NCBI GenBank assembly: GCA_964355515.1
Contig: CAYHDV010000003.1
Span: forward strand, 7,914 to 71,913
DNA length: 64,000 nucleotides
Direction of reading: 5' to 3'
Source: an uncultured Candidatus Saccharibacteria bacterium
Lineage (GTDB): Bacteria > Patescibacteriota > Minisyncoccia > Phycocordibacterales > CSBR16-119
Position 1 is the first letter of the stretch. The number at the start of each line of letters is the position of its first letter. Position numbers and translations under genes: made by a program. Below the pieces are notes generated by a model. It was not told the origin of the DNA, did no database searches, and saw nothing but the letters and a program-made list of their open reading frames with translations. This document shows positions 17,687 through 26,929 of this stretch, piece by piece.

Positions 17687-19402
17687 ATGAAGTACCTTGT
17701 AAACATAGTGCTAATACTTACTGTTTTGGTGGGTATTTCAGCATGTCAAACGACACCAAAGGATGACCTCCAGATAGTCAACGCTCTTGTAGATGAATCT
17801 CAAGATGCGATCCAAAATAAACTGGATGACAAGGAAAAAGAGGAAATCCTCGAAAAGCTGTATCCAATGCTTGACGCTATTGATTTTAAAATTGATTCAC
17901 TGGAAAGAGAAATTAAAAATCTTCCAACTGATCATCACAAAAGAAAATCAGGGAGTCAAGATTTAAAAACCCTTGAAGATCTTCGTGGGAAAGTGAATGG
18001 GCAAACCGGAGTCCTCCAATCTTCAATGACAGGACCAGTCCCTGAGAAATATTTGACTTGGGGATTAAGTGCTCATCAGAAAAGAGAGGACGTAATAAAA
18101 GAGAGGCAAGCTGAGATTCGGATTGAAATTAGGATTGACTCTCTTCAGGCGCTGCTTGAGGCGATGCCTGATACAGCTCTTACTCGATCTGCTTTCAGTG
18201 ACTCTCTTTTTGAGAGGGAAGCCTTTCTCCTTAATCAATTGGATAGCTTACAAGGTCTTATTGTGAAAGATTCTCAAGATTCAACCCAAACAATAGCTAT
18301 TATCGATGAAGCTCCTGACGACAAGCAATATCTTACACAATCAGAGGGCACTCAAGTGCCTTCTCCTAAAAAAGAGACCCAGGCTAGCATAAAGAAACAA
18401 GATACTGCTAGTGAAGATTTTTCTCTGAGTAAGATCATTCTCGTATATGGAGGAGTACTGCTTGGCTTTGTTTTTATTTTTCTTCTTTTAATAGAGAAGG
18501 TTCGTAGAGCAATGTGGAGGGGTTTAGTGAGGATTTTTGGAAGAAGACTCCTTGTTCTCGGAGCTTCTGTTACAGCTCTTTATCTCTCTGTAAAAGCAGC
18601 AGGGTTGTGGAATTGGATACTTTCATTGTTGGGAAAGATATTTCTTCTAAGATTTATCGATGGGATTACAACCAAGCTTTGGTTAAGGAGGACTCTAAAG
18701 ACGATTGTCGTTTTTGGTTTATTACTTTTCTTTCTATTTTGCACTGATTATGGAATTGGTGTAAAAAATTGGATCATAAAAAGTGTTTCTCAAATCTCAA
18801 TACCCAACTGGATGGGAGATCTATCATGGTGGAAAGTGGTTTTGGTTGGAGTAGGACTTCTGATTATCTTTCTTATCTACAGGTATTGGTCAGTGATACG
18901 ATTGATGATATCTGGAATTAGTGGAAGAGTTTGGTTTTGGTTAATTTTTCTAAGCCTTCTCTCCTTATTAGTTTTCCTAACTTGGTATCACTGGGATCCA
19001 ATAAAAGATTTCATATATGCCAAATTGAAGACTGAGGAAGTCATAGAAGAGTGGCCAAAAGAAGAAGATTCAAGTCCTGCAGAGGAAAAGAGGGAGCCTT
19101 CTCCAGGGGAGAAAGAGGAGGTGGTTGATCCTAATGAAATAGAAATCATCCCCCCTCCGAACCCTTTTCCGGAAGAGACTGAAGGTGATCAGAAAAAAGA
19201 ACTTTTGGAAAAAAGAAAAAAGAAAGACCAAAAGAAAAAACTTAAACCTGAAAACCAGAATCGGAAAAAGAAGTTTAAAAAGCCTTCACGAAAAAGAGGC
19301 GTAGGAAGAGACCTTGCCGCAAAAAAAGATCTGAAGCTCCTTCCTGGGTACGCACCTGGGACAAGCACAGAAAATTCAAAGCAGGTGAGACGTATTGATT
19401 GA
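17687..19402 (+). CDS. Orphan lipoprotein / multi-pass membrane protein with charged tail
   Basis: Lipobox-like GISA-C, helical N-terminal domain, ~5-6 hydrophobic helices, acidic-Pro then Lys-rich C-terminus. Confidence 0.75.
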   Translation: MKYLVNIVLILTVLVGISACQTTPKDDLQIVNALVDESQDAIQNKLDDKEKEEILEKLYPMLDAIDFKIDSLEREIKNLPTDHHKRKSGSQDLKTLEDLRGKVNGQTGVLQSSMTGPVPEKYLTWGLSAHQKREDVIKERQAEIRIEIRIDSLQALLEAMPDTALTRSAFSDSLFEREAFLLNQLDSLQGLIVKDSQDSTQTIAIIDEAPDDKQYLTQSEGTQVPSPKKETQASIKKQDTASEDFSLSKIILVYGGVLLGFVFIFLLLIEKVRRAMWRGLVRIFGRRLLVLGASVTALYLSVKAAGLWNWILSLLGKIFLLRFIDGITTKLWLRRTLKTIVVFGLLLFFLFCTDYGIGVKNWIIKSVSQISIPNWMGDLSWWKVVLVGVGLLIIFLIYRYWSVIRLMISGISGRVWFWLIFLSLLSLLVFLTWYHWDPIKDFIYAKLKTEEVIEEWPKEEDSSPAEEKREPSPGEKEEVVDPNEIEIIPPPNPFPEETEGDQKKELLEKRKKKDQKKKLKPENQNRKKKFKKPSRKRGVGRDLAAKKDLKLLPGYAPGTSTENSKQVRRID

Positions 19403-19453
19403 TTGAAAAGCCCGACCAGTATGGTCGGGCTTTTTTGTTTATTTCTAAATATT

Positions 19454-20095
19454 TTATTTTTTCTTGAGCAAGGTGAAAAGGAGGGATGTGCCATCTTCTG
19501 CGAGGAATATATCTTCTTTTACCAATTCATATGTCGGACCAAATATTTCTCTTATTTCTCCTTGTTTGAAAAAATGATACTTCACACCGTATTTTTCATA
19601 ATCTTGTGTATCACTATTTTTTGGATGAAAATCTAGGTATCTCATTGTTTCTTTTGATAAAGAGATTGAGAGATAGAGACCATTTCTTTTGACCACTCTG
19701 TGGACTTCCTTTTTATACAAATCCCAATCTCCCTTATCTATATGGTGTAGCAATCCAGCATCAAGGACTATATCAATAGACTGATCTAGAAGTGGTATAT
19801 CGAAAACATCCCCTGATATAAATGCAAGTTTGCCAGCGAGACCCTTTGCTTTTACCTCTTGATTATTCACGCTTACAATCTTTTCTATATAATCCATACC
19901 AACAACCTTGTAGCCAATTTCAGCCAGAAGAAATGAGAGAATACCTCTACCACAACCAATATCTAGAATAGTTGCTTTCTCATTGAAATACGTAATGTAT
20001 TCCAGAAATTTTGTTTTGAACTTTATCTGCGTCCAGTTGTCTGTCCCAGTATTATACGCAGTTTGGAAATATTCTTTTTGAGAATTGTATTTCAT
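19454..20095 (-). CDS. Class I SAM-dependent methyltransferase
   Basis: ILDIGCGRG motif I, VVGMD, GDVFDIP, LDAGLLHH. Confidence 0.9.
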   Translation of the reverse strand: MKYNSQKEYFQTAYNTGTDNWTQIKFKTKFLEYITYFNEKATILDIGCGRGILSFLLAEIGYKVVGMDYIEKIVSVNNQEVKAKGLAGKLAFISGDVFDIPLLDQSIDIVLDAGLLHHIDKGDWDLYKKEVHRVVKRNGLYLSISLSKETMRYLDFHPKNSDTQDYEKYGVKYHFFKQGEIREIFGPTYELVKEDIFLAEDGTSLLFTLLKKK

Positions 20096-20150
20096 GTATA
20101 AATTATATCATTAAGTTATTTTTTTGAGCTAGAAAAATAACAAAATATTT

Positions 20151-21083
20151 TTATTTTTTATTTCCATGAAACTTTTTATGAATTTCTTTTAGGTGTTTGT
20201 TTGTAACGTGGGTATAGATTTGAGTGGTAGAAATATCTGCGTGTCCAAGCATAACCTGCACAGACCTAATATCAGCTCCATTTGAAAGCAAGTCAGTGGC
20301 GAAACAGTGTCGAATCACATGGGGGGTAACCTTCTTTGTGATGCCGGCGATGGTGGCGTACTTTCTCACAATCCTTCCAACAGATCTTCTATCTAAACCT
20401 TTTTCATCATCTACTTTGTTTTTGTTTTTTGAGACATTTACAAATAGTGCTTCCGAGAAGTCTTTTCGTTGTGTGAAATATTTTTTTAGGGAATCTTTGG
20501 CTTCTGCAGATAGAAATACTACTCGGAGTTTGCCACCCTTTCCTCTAATCGAAAATTCATCTCGAGAAAAATCAATGTCTCTAAAGAGGGAACAGAGCTC
20601 TGACACACGGAGGCCAGTAGAAAAAAGCATCTCTAGTATCGCCTTGTCTCTATATCTGATTTCTAAATTCTTTTCTTTTTCGGGAGCCTCTAGGAGCCTC
20701 TTTAGTTCCTGATCTGAAATAACATCAATTTGTCTTTGGGGGACTTTTCCTAGTTCAATCTGTTCTGAAGAAAGAGTTTTTTCTCCTCGTCTTGTCATGT
20801 ATTTCAAAAAAGACCGCAAGGCAATCAGGTGATAGTTCTGAGTACTCTTTGAGAGTGTTTCTCCTGTTCTTCTGTTGTGGCTGGCTCCGGCTGATTGTCT
20901 GTGAAGCCAAATCCGAAACTCTCTCACCATGTCATCTGTTATTTGCTGTGGCTTGGTGGCCCCTGTTTGTTTCAAGAAGACATTTAGATAGTGGTCGTAG
21001 TTTCTAATAGTATTCAAAGCTCGACCTTTTTCGATTTCTAGATACTCAAGAAACTGTCTTTTTAATTTTTCTAAATCATTCAT
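20151..21083 (-). CDS. XerC/XerD-family tyrosine recombinase
   Basis: SAM-like N-domain, STGLRVSE (R), GKGGK (K), HVIRHCFATDLL (HxxR), LGHADISTTQIY (H, Y). Confidence 0.95.
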   Translation of the reverse strand: MNDLEKLKRQFLEYLEIEKGRALNTIRNYDHYLNVFLKQTGATKPQQITDDMVREFRIWLHRQSAGASHNRRTGETLSKSTQNYHLIALRSFLKYMTRRGEKTLSSEQIELGKVPQRQIDVISDQELKRLLEAPEKEKNLEIRYRDKAILEMLFSTGLRVSELCSLFRDIDFSRDEFSIRGKGGKLRVVFLSAEAKDSLKKYFTQRKDFSEALFVNVSKNKNKVDDEKGLDRRSVGRIVRKYATIAGITKKVTPHVIRHCFATDLLSNGADIRSVQVMLGHADISTTQIYTHVTNKHLKEIHKKFHGNKK

Positions 21084-21180
21084 TTGTTTATTGTCTCACA
21101 ATATAAGAATAGTGGGGAGCTTGTATCTTGGGGAATAAAGAAGAGGTCTTAGTTTTTTATAAAATATATATCTTTCTTTT

Positions 21181-21607
21181 TTCTTGGTAAAATACCCATT
21201 ACTTTTTTATGAGAAAAAAGTAATCAAAAACTCAGACCTGATTCAAAAAGCCTAAAAAATACTCTTTCTCCCTACACTCAGCAGATCGCTGCGCTAATGC
21301 TTCGTGCTTAACGCTCGAAAGAATGTTTTTCTTAACGGCATTTTGAAAACGGTCGAAAGAGCCATTTAAAGAACATCTTCTCACTTTCCGACACTTGAGC
21401 TTTAACTTTAAAAATATTCACGGTTTTTTTGATTAGTGCGTAGCTTTAGCGATAGCGATCAGCGTAGCACCAAAAAAACCGTGAGTTATTTTTTAGGTAA
21501 AGTGAGGTGTCTAGATTTTTTGTTTCTTTTTTATCGATGAAAAAAGAAAGATAATCTTGTTGTGAAAAATGATGGATATTCTGGATCCCCGCCTGCGCGG
21601 GGAAGAC
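21181..21607. repeat. ~427-bp structured direct repeat, copy 1
   Basis: Co-linear with 23326-23753 (offset ~2145), with one variable ~25-nt central spacer. Confidence 0.93.
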
Positions 21608-21770
21608 AAGAGTGTGTACTGAGAAAAAATGGTTTAGATCCTGAAACCCAACTCTACACAAGGCTACTTTGGATACGGTGAGCTCAGGATGACGAGATTG
21701 GGGTATTGGGATGACCCCACCCAAGGTGGACAGGATTCAGGATGATTTGTAGTGAGTACGGTAGACTTTT

Positions 21771-23252
21771 TTATTCCGAAACTTTATAAAAATATCCGTC
21801 ACGACTTCCAAAATAAATTCCACCATCCCAGATAGCGGGAGTAGATTCTATACATCCATCTCCAACTTTTTTCTGCCACAAAAATTCTGGAGAACTGGGG
21901 TCTGTTAGTGAATATGCTTCGATGCTTCCTGTTTCACAAGTGGCAAAAATAAGTGTGGCATCCACAATAGAGGGTGACGACCATTCGTGCATTCCTATGT
22001 CTTTTCTCCAAACAACCTTTCCATTGTTTTTGTCTACAACTAAAAACTCTCCCAAGTGAGTCGGTACATATATATAATCTTCGTAGATAGCTGGGGTTGC
22101 CCAAATGCCACTTTTTATTTTTTCAGAACCACTTGAGATAGACAGGCTCCAGACCACGGGATTTTTTTTCTTTGGATTCAGTTTTATTAATTGCCCTAAA
22201 TCTTTGCCCCTTTCATTGAATCTCTCTTCTTCCACTGCTACATATATTGCACCTGTCCCATCTGTTACCATGGTGGCATCGATATCATCTCCAACCCAAA
22301 AATCAAAAACCAGGGCCTCCTTTTTGTTTCTTATTTTCTTTATATCAAATCCCATGATCCTGCCACCGCTATTTGCAACATAGACAACGTCATCCACTAC
22401 GAGAGGTGAGTTCTCAATTGAGAGGTTTTGGTCTGTTAGAGAAACCAGCTCCTCATTGTAGCTAATATACTGATAAATAATTTCAGGATTTACCAAGGCC
22501 CTTCCTTCTTCATCATATGTGCGGTTGAGCTCTATTGCATAGAAAATTCCGTTTTCTCCTCCTTCATACATCACACCGTCGACTATTACAGGATTGCTAT
22601 CCCAGTCATTGTTCCAAATCCCATCAGGCAAATCTTCTGAATCAAGAGCCCAAATCTCTGTTGGTACATCTCTATCTAGAGCTATGATGCGAAGCTTGTT
22701 GTCTCGAGACCCACCATAAAGAAGAGGGAATCCATCTGTATCAAGAGTAAAAGATCCTTTGATGATATCTCCAGTCTGGAAATTTGGCCTTGTGTTTTTA
22801 CCTGTTTCACCATTCACAAAGTGTATAGCCCCATCGTACGCACCAAAAATAATTTCTGTGACACCATCCTCACGCTCCCAAACAACCGGCTGGCCTGTCC
22901 AACCAGAACCACACCAATAATTCGTAACTTCTAGTGAAGTTGAATAACGACACATTGGTTTTTCTGGGTATCTCCAAGAAATAGTTGGCTCGGTAGGAAT
23001 CAGACCTTTTCCATAAAAATTCCTCTCTTTGTTTCCCCGAAACATGGTGAGTCCTTTTATTTTTGGTTCGACATCTTTGACTTCTATAACAGAAAGTACT
23101 TGATCAGTGATATCTCCTATCGCCTCTTCTGCAAAAATTTCTTTGTTGTTTAAGTTGAGCGAATATTTCAAATTATATAGGCCTTCCAAAAAAAATAGGG
23201 AAGACCCTATTCCGATAATTAAAGAAACAATTATAGTTAGAAAATTACGCAT
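21771..23252 (-). CDS. Membrane-anchored PQQ-like (BamB-type) beta-propeller protein
   Basis: N-terminal TM; MFRGN..RN motif; repeated S(S/T/N)P-V-D/G...YV...DG..Y/W blades. Confidence 0.8.
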   Translation of the reverse strand: MRNFLTIIVSLIIGIGSSLFFLEGLYNLKYSLNLNNKEIFAEEAIGDITDQVLSVIEVKDVEPKIKGLTMFRGNKERNFYGKGLIPTEPTISWRYPEKPMCRYSTSLEVTNYWCGSGWTGQPVVWEREDGVTEIIFGAYDGAIHFVNGETGKNTRPNFQTGDIIKGSFTLDTDGFPLLYGGSRDNKLRIIALDRDVPTEIWALDSEDLPDGIWNNDWDSNPVIVDGVMYEGGENGIFYAIELNRTYDEEGRALVNPEIIYQYISYNEELVSLTDQNLSIENSPLVVDDVVYVANSGGRIMGFDIKKIRNKKEALVFDFWVGDDIDATMVTDGTGAIYVAVEEERFNERGKDLGQLIKLNPKKKNPVVWSLSISSGSEKIKSGIWATPAIYEDYIYVPTHLGEFLVVDKNNGKVVWRKDIGMHEWSSPSIVDATLIFATCETGSIEAYSLTDPSSPEFLWQKKVGDGCIESTPAIWDGGIYFGSRDGYFYKVSE

Positions 23253-23325
23253 GGTGGATATTAAGATGGGCTTAGTTTATCATAAAACTAGTTATGGGGA
23301 AGGATTTAGAAACCTTCTCTATTTC

Positions 23326-23753
23326 TTCTTGGCAAAATACCCATTACTTTTTTATGAGAAAAAAGTAACCAAAAACTCAGACCTGATTCAAAAAGCCTAA
23401 AAAATAATCTTTCTCACTACACTCAGCAGATCGCTGCGCTAATGCTTCGTGCTTAACGCTCGAAAGAATACTTTTCTTAACGGCATTTTGAAAACGGTCG
23501 TACGAGCCACCCAATTAAGAATTGCAATACATCCCGACACTTGAGCTTTAACTTTAAAAATATTCACGGTTTTTTTGATTAGTGCGTAGCTTTAGCGGTA
23601 GCGATCAGCGTAGCACCAAAAAAACCGTGAGTTATTTTTTAGGTAAAGTGAGGTGTCTTGGCTTTTTGTTCCTTTTTTGCCAAGAAAAAAGGAAGGTATT
23701 CTTGTTACGAAAAAGTGATTGATATCCTGGATCCCCGCCTGCGCGGGGAAGAC
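23326..23753. repeat. ~428-bp structured direct repeat, copy 2
   Basis: Co-linear with 21181-21607. Confidence 0.93.
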
Positions 23754-23941
23754 CCATCCGAGGTGGGCCGGTAGCAGAGATGTCTGAGATATAAGTCTTG
23801 TATTTTTGGAATAACTCATGAGGTAGGAGAGGGAGAAGGTGGAATATTGTTTGGGGGGTAAACGATTCCAAGGTATTGAACCATTACGAGTGCTTGACAA
23901 ATATCTTTTATTATGATAAATTAAAACAAAAATCGAGAAAA

Positions 23942-24289
23942 ATGGAGTTGAAAAAAATAAATAAACAAAATTCTTCATTGCTCAATTCTTCAATGTATTT
24001 GAATCGCATTGGATACCACCATAAGAAGCTATCCCACAGAGACATGCAAACCTTAATAAGTCTCGAACTTTCTAGGGCTACAGGGGGCTTACTTGCGGAG
24101 ATTGAAGTTGTTTCGCATAGATTGTGTAACGATAAACCTGTGAGTGAAGATGAAATTAATATCATCATATCTCGACTCAGAGATCTTCAAAAAGAATTTC
24201 AAAGCTCTGAAGAATTTGAAGCAAATAAAGAGAGTTTCTCTGTCATCGCAGATTCAATCACAGGGCTTATCAAAGCTTTGGAAGAATAA
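23942..24289 (+). CDS. Hypothetical helical protein
   Basis: ATG at 23942 after TTGACA-17-TAAATT; palindromic terminator at 24295-24322. Confidence 0.65.
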   Translation: MELKKINKQNSSLLNSSMYLNRIGYHHKKLSHRDMQTLISLELSRATGGLLAEIEVVSHRLCNDKPVSEDEINIIISRLRDLQKEFQSSEEFEANKESFSVIADSITGLIKALEE

Positions 24290-24447
24290 TCTGGAAAAGC
24301 CCCGCGAATTCGCGGGGCTTTTTATTGCTTGACAAATATGGCTAATTCTGATACTATATCGGCACCTTTTGGTTTATTATAAATATATACAAAATACGAA
24401 AGAAGGAGCTTGCAAAAAAGCCCTTTCTATAGTAGTATTGCTCTACA

Positions 24448-24714
24448 ATGTTAAAGACAGCTAAAAAACAAAAAGTTATAAAAAAGGCACAAATGAGTGA
24501 TGTAGACACAGGTTCTTCACCAGTTCAAATTGCTATTTTAACTGAGCGAATCAAGGAGCTTACAGGCCACCTGAAAAAGCACACTAAAGATCTTCACTCA
24601 CGAAGAGGTTTGATAAAAATGGTTGCCAACAGACGAAAACATCTTAAATATCTCGAGAAGAATGATTCAAAAGTTTATACAAAGATAGTTGCCGACCTTA
24701 AACTTAAATCTTAA
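24448..24714 (+). CDS. rpsO: 30S ribosomal protein S15
   Basis: DTGSSPVQIAILTERI..LT.HLK.H.KD.HSRRGL. Confidence 0.98.
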   Translation: MLKTAKKQKVIKKAQMSDVDTGSSPVQIAILTERIKELTGHLKKHTKDLHSRRGLIKMVANRRKHLKYLEKNDSKVYTKIVADLKLKS

Positions 24715-24869
24715 ATCTTATTTTTTACATCAAAAGGCGCAACAGGGCGCTTTTTGATTTGGTATACTATAGATGCCTTTATTTTATAAAAAGTCTTAAG
24801 TCTATATGGCTAAGCAAAAACTAAAAGGATTTTAATAACAGAATAATGATCATTTGATCAAAATAATTT

Positions 24870-25400
24870 ATGATTACAAAACACAAAGAACAGCGAGTGG
24901 CTGTTTTTATAGATACACAAAATCTATACCACTCAGCGAAAGCGCTTTATAAGAAAAAAGTTAACTTTGGAAACATTGTTAAAGATGCGGTGGGAGACCG
25001 AAAACTTGTTCGAGCTCTCGCATATGTTATCGCCTCTGAAGCAGGGGACGAGGATTCGTTTTTTGAAGCACTTGGAAAGGTAGGAATCGAAACAAAAGTA
25101 AAAGACCTGCAAGTATTTTCAAGCGGAGCAAAGAAAGCTGACTGGGATGTGGGGCTTGCGGTGGACGCAATCACTATTGCTCCAAAAGTGGATGCAGTGA
25201 TAATTGTCTCTGGAGATGGGGACTATGTACCCCTGGTGCACTATCTACAAATACATTCTGGAATCCAGGTGGAAGTGGTATCCTTTGGGAAGTCCACGTC
25301 ATCTTGGCTACGAGAAGAAGTGGATGACTTCTTTGATCTATCTATAAATCCAAATCAATACTTGATAGGAAGTAGACGGCCGATGAAAAATAAAAAGTAA
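24870..25400 (+). CDS. NYN domain (LabA/DUF88) protein
   Basis: VFIDTQNLY, KADWDVGLAVD, VSGDGDYVPL. Confidence 0.92.
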   Translation: MITKHKEQRVAVFIDTQNLYHSAKALYKKKVNFGNIVKDAVGDRKLVRALAYVIASEAGDEDSFFEALGKVGIETKVKDLQVFSSGAKKADWDVGLAVDAITIAPKVDAVIIVSGDGDYVPLVHYLQIHSGIQVEVVSFGKSTSSWLREEVDDFFDLSINPNQYLIGSRRPMKNKK

Positions 25401-25507
25401 ACAAGAGAAAATCCTCTCACTAAAATGTCCAGTACCCAGTACTGGATATTTTGCTAAAAACAACCTCCCATATAAACATTTTTTATTTCACGGTATAATA
25501 AATCTTA

Positions 25508-26494
25508 ATGGAAAATAATAACGAAAATGAAATAGCAGGAGGGGTGGAATTTCACAAAGAGGTTCCGATAAAAATATCAGGTGAAGAATCAGTATCAGCT
25601 GTTCCGACAGAGACAGTTGGTGGGGTGGAATTTAGAAAAGAGCAAGAATCTCTTTTGGAAAAAGAAAAGATGGCGGAAGATACAAGTGGACTGCATACCA
25701 TGGCAAGAGATATGGGTAAGCAAGCAGAACAAAAACAAGGATCAGCACTCCAAGCAATTCTAAAGCAAGAAAGAGAGCTGAAGGTTGAACAAAAAAGACA
25801 ACAAACAAACCTTATCTTTGGAATCGTGAGTGTGGTCATTTTTCTCACAGCTCTGGGTATATTCTTTTATGCTTCTCAAAAAGAAGAAGTGCTGCCTCCT
25901 ACTCAAACACAAGTGGTCCAAAAATCCATCATCTATGCAGAGAATCATGCTCGAATAGACACTACAGATATTCTACCTCTAACTCTAATCTCCAAGATAA
26001 GCCAAAAATTTTCTGAAATCAAAAATGCACCAGGGGAGGTAACTAATATTTATTTTATTAAATACCTACCCGCAGGAGACATGCAGACACTCAGCGCTAG
26101 AGCATTTCTCGGAGCAATCCAAAGTAGCACGCCGGGGATCCTACTCCCAGAGCTTGGAAAAGATTTTATGCTTGGGTCTTTTGGGGGAGAGGCCCAAACT
26201 CCTTTCCTAATACTCGAAGCCCCAATCCGAACTACCCAAACGATGCTTTCTAGTTGGGAGGTTACACTGCTTCAAGATATGAGTAAGCTCTTTTCTCTTC
26301 AAATAAATGACCCTGATTTATACAATAAGGCCTTTGAAGATATTCAAATAGAAAATAAGCATATCAGAGCGCTTTTGGATGAAGATGGATCTATCCTACT
26401 TTGTTATAGCTATATCAATGATGATCTGCTTGTTATAACAACTGATAGTCAAACATTCAAAGAGATCTTGCAGAGACTTGCAACCAATTTTTAA
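25508..26494 (+). CDS. Hypothetical single-TM protein
   Basis: Central TM helix; duplicated GGVEF(H/R)KE motif at the N-terminus. Confidence 0.75.
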   Translation: MENNNENEIAGGVEFHKEVPIKISGEESVSAVPTETVGGVEFRKEQESLLEKEKMAEDTSGLHTMARDMGKQAEQKQGSALQAILKQERELKVEQKRQQTNLIFGIVSVVIFLTALGIFFYASQKEEVLPPTQTQVVQKSIIYAENHARIDTTDILPLTLISKISQKFSEIKNAPGEVTNIYFIKYLPAGDMQTLSARAFLGAIQSSTPGILLPELGKDFMLGSFGGEAQTPFLILEAPIRTTQTMLSSWEVTLLQDMSKLFSLQINDPDLYNKAFEDIQIENKHIRALLDEDGSILLCYSYINDDLLVITTDSQTFKEILQRLATNF

Positions 26495-26512
26495 TCAACT
26501 ATACTTAAAACC

Positions 26513-26881
26513 ATGATGAATAACGAAAAACTACAATACTACAAAGAACTACTTTTAGCGGAAATGGAACAAATTAAAAGTGAGCTCTCACATCTTGGAA
26601 TCAAAAATCCAGAAGATGGAGACTGGGGAGCAGTTATGGGATCAACAAATGAAGGGGACAACGCTGATCCAAATCTTCAAGCGGATAGATCAGAAGATTT
26701 TATGGAGCGAGCAAATATCCTCGGTGAAATAGAAACAAGGTATCGAGAACTAGAACAAGCTTTGTATAAAATAAATCACACACCTGAAAAATATGGCATC
26801 TGTGAAATCTCAGGACAGCCAATAGAAGAAGACCGACTCACTGCAAATCCTTCAGCCAAAACTTGCAAAGCTCACATGTAA
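26513..26881 (+). CDS. DksA/TraR family protein
   Basis: Coiled coil with D...AD tip, YGICEISGQPIEEDRL.ANP.A.TC. Confidence 0.88.
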   Translation: MMNNEKLQYYKELLLAEMEQIKSELSHLGIKNPEDGDWGAVMGSTNEGDNADPNLQADRSEDFMERANILGEIETRYRELEQALYKINHTPEKYGICEISGQPIEEDRLTANPSAKTCKAHM

Positions 26882-26929
26882 TCAACAAAAACCACTGTAT
26901 GTGGTTTTTGTTTTTGGTATAATTTTTAT

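Noticed and set aside
20151-21083. Integron integrase
   Set aside because: No IntI-specific insertion between the GKGGK patch and the LF patch, and I found no convincing RYYYAAC/GTTRRRY attC ends; it looks like a housekeeping Xer.
21446-23978. Paralogous ORFs 21446-21724 and 23592-23978 ending LYLKNNSRFFWCYADRYR
   Set aside because: They are translations of the non-coding structured repeat with no independent coding signal.
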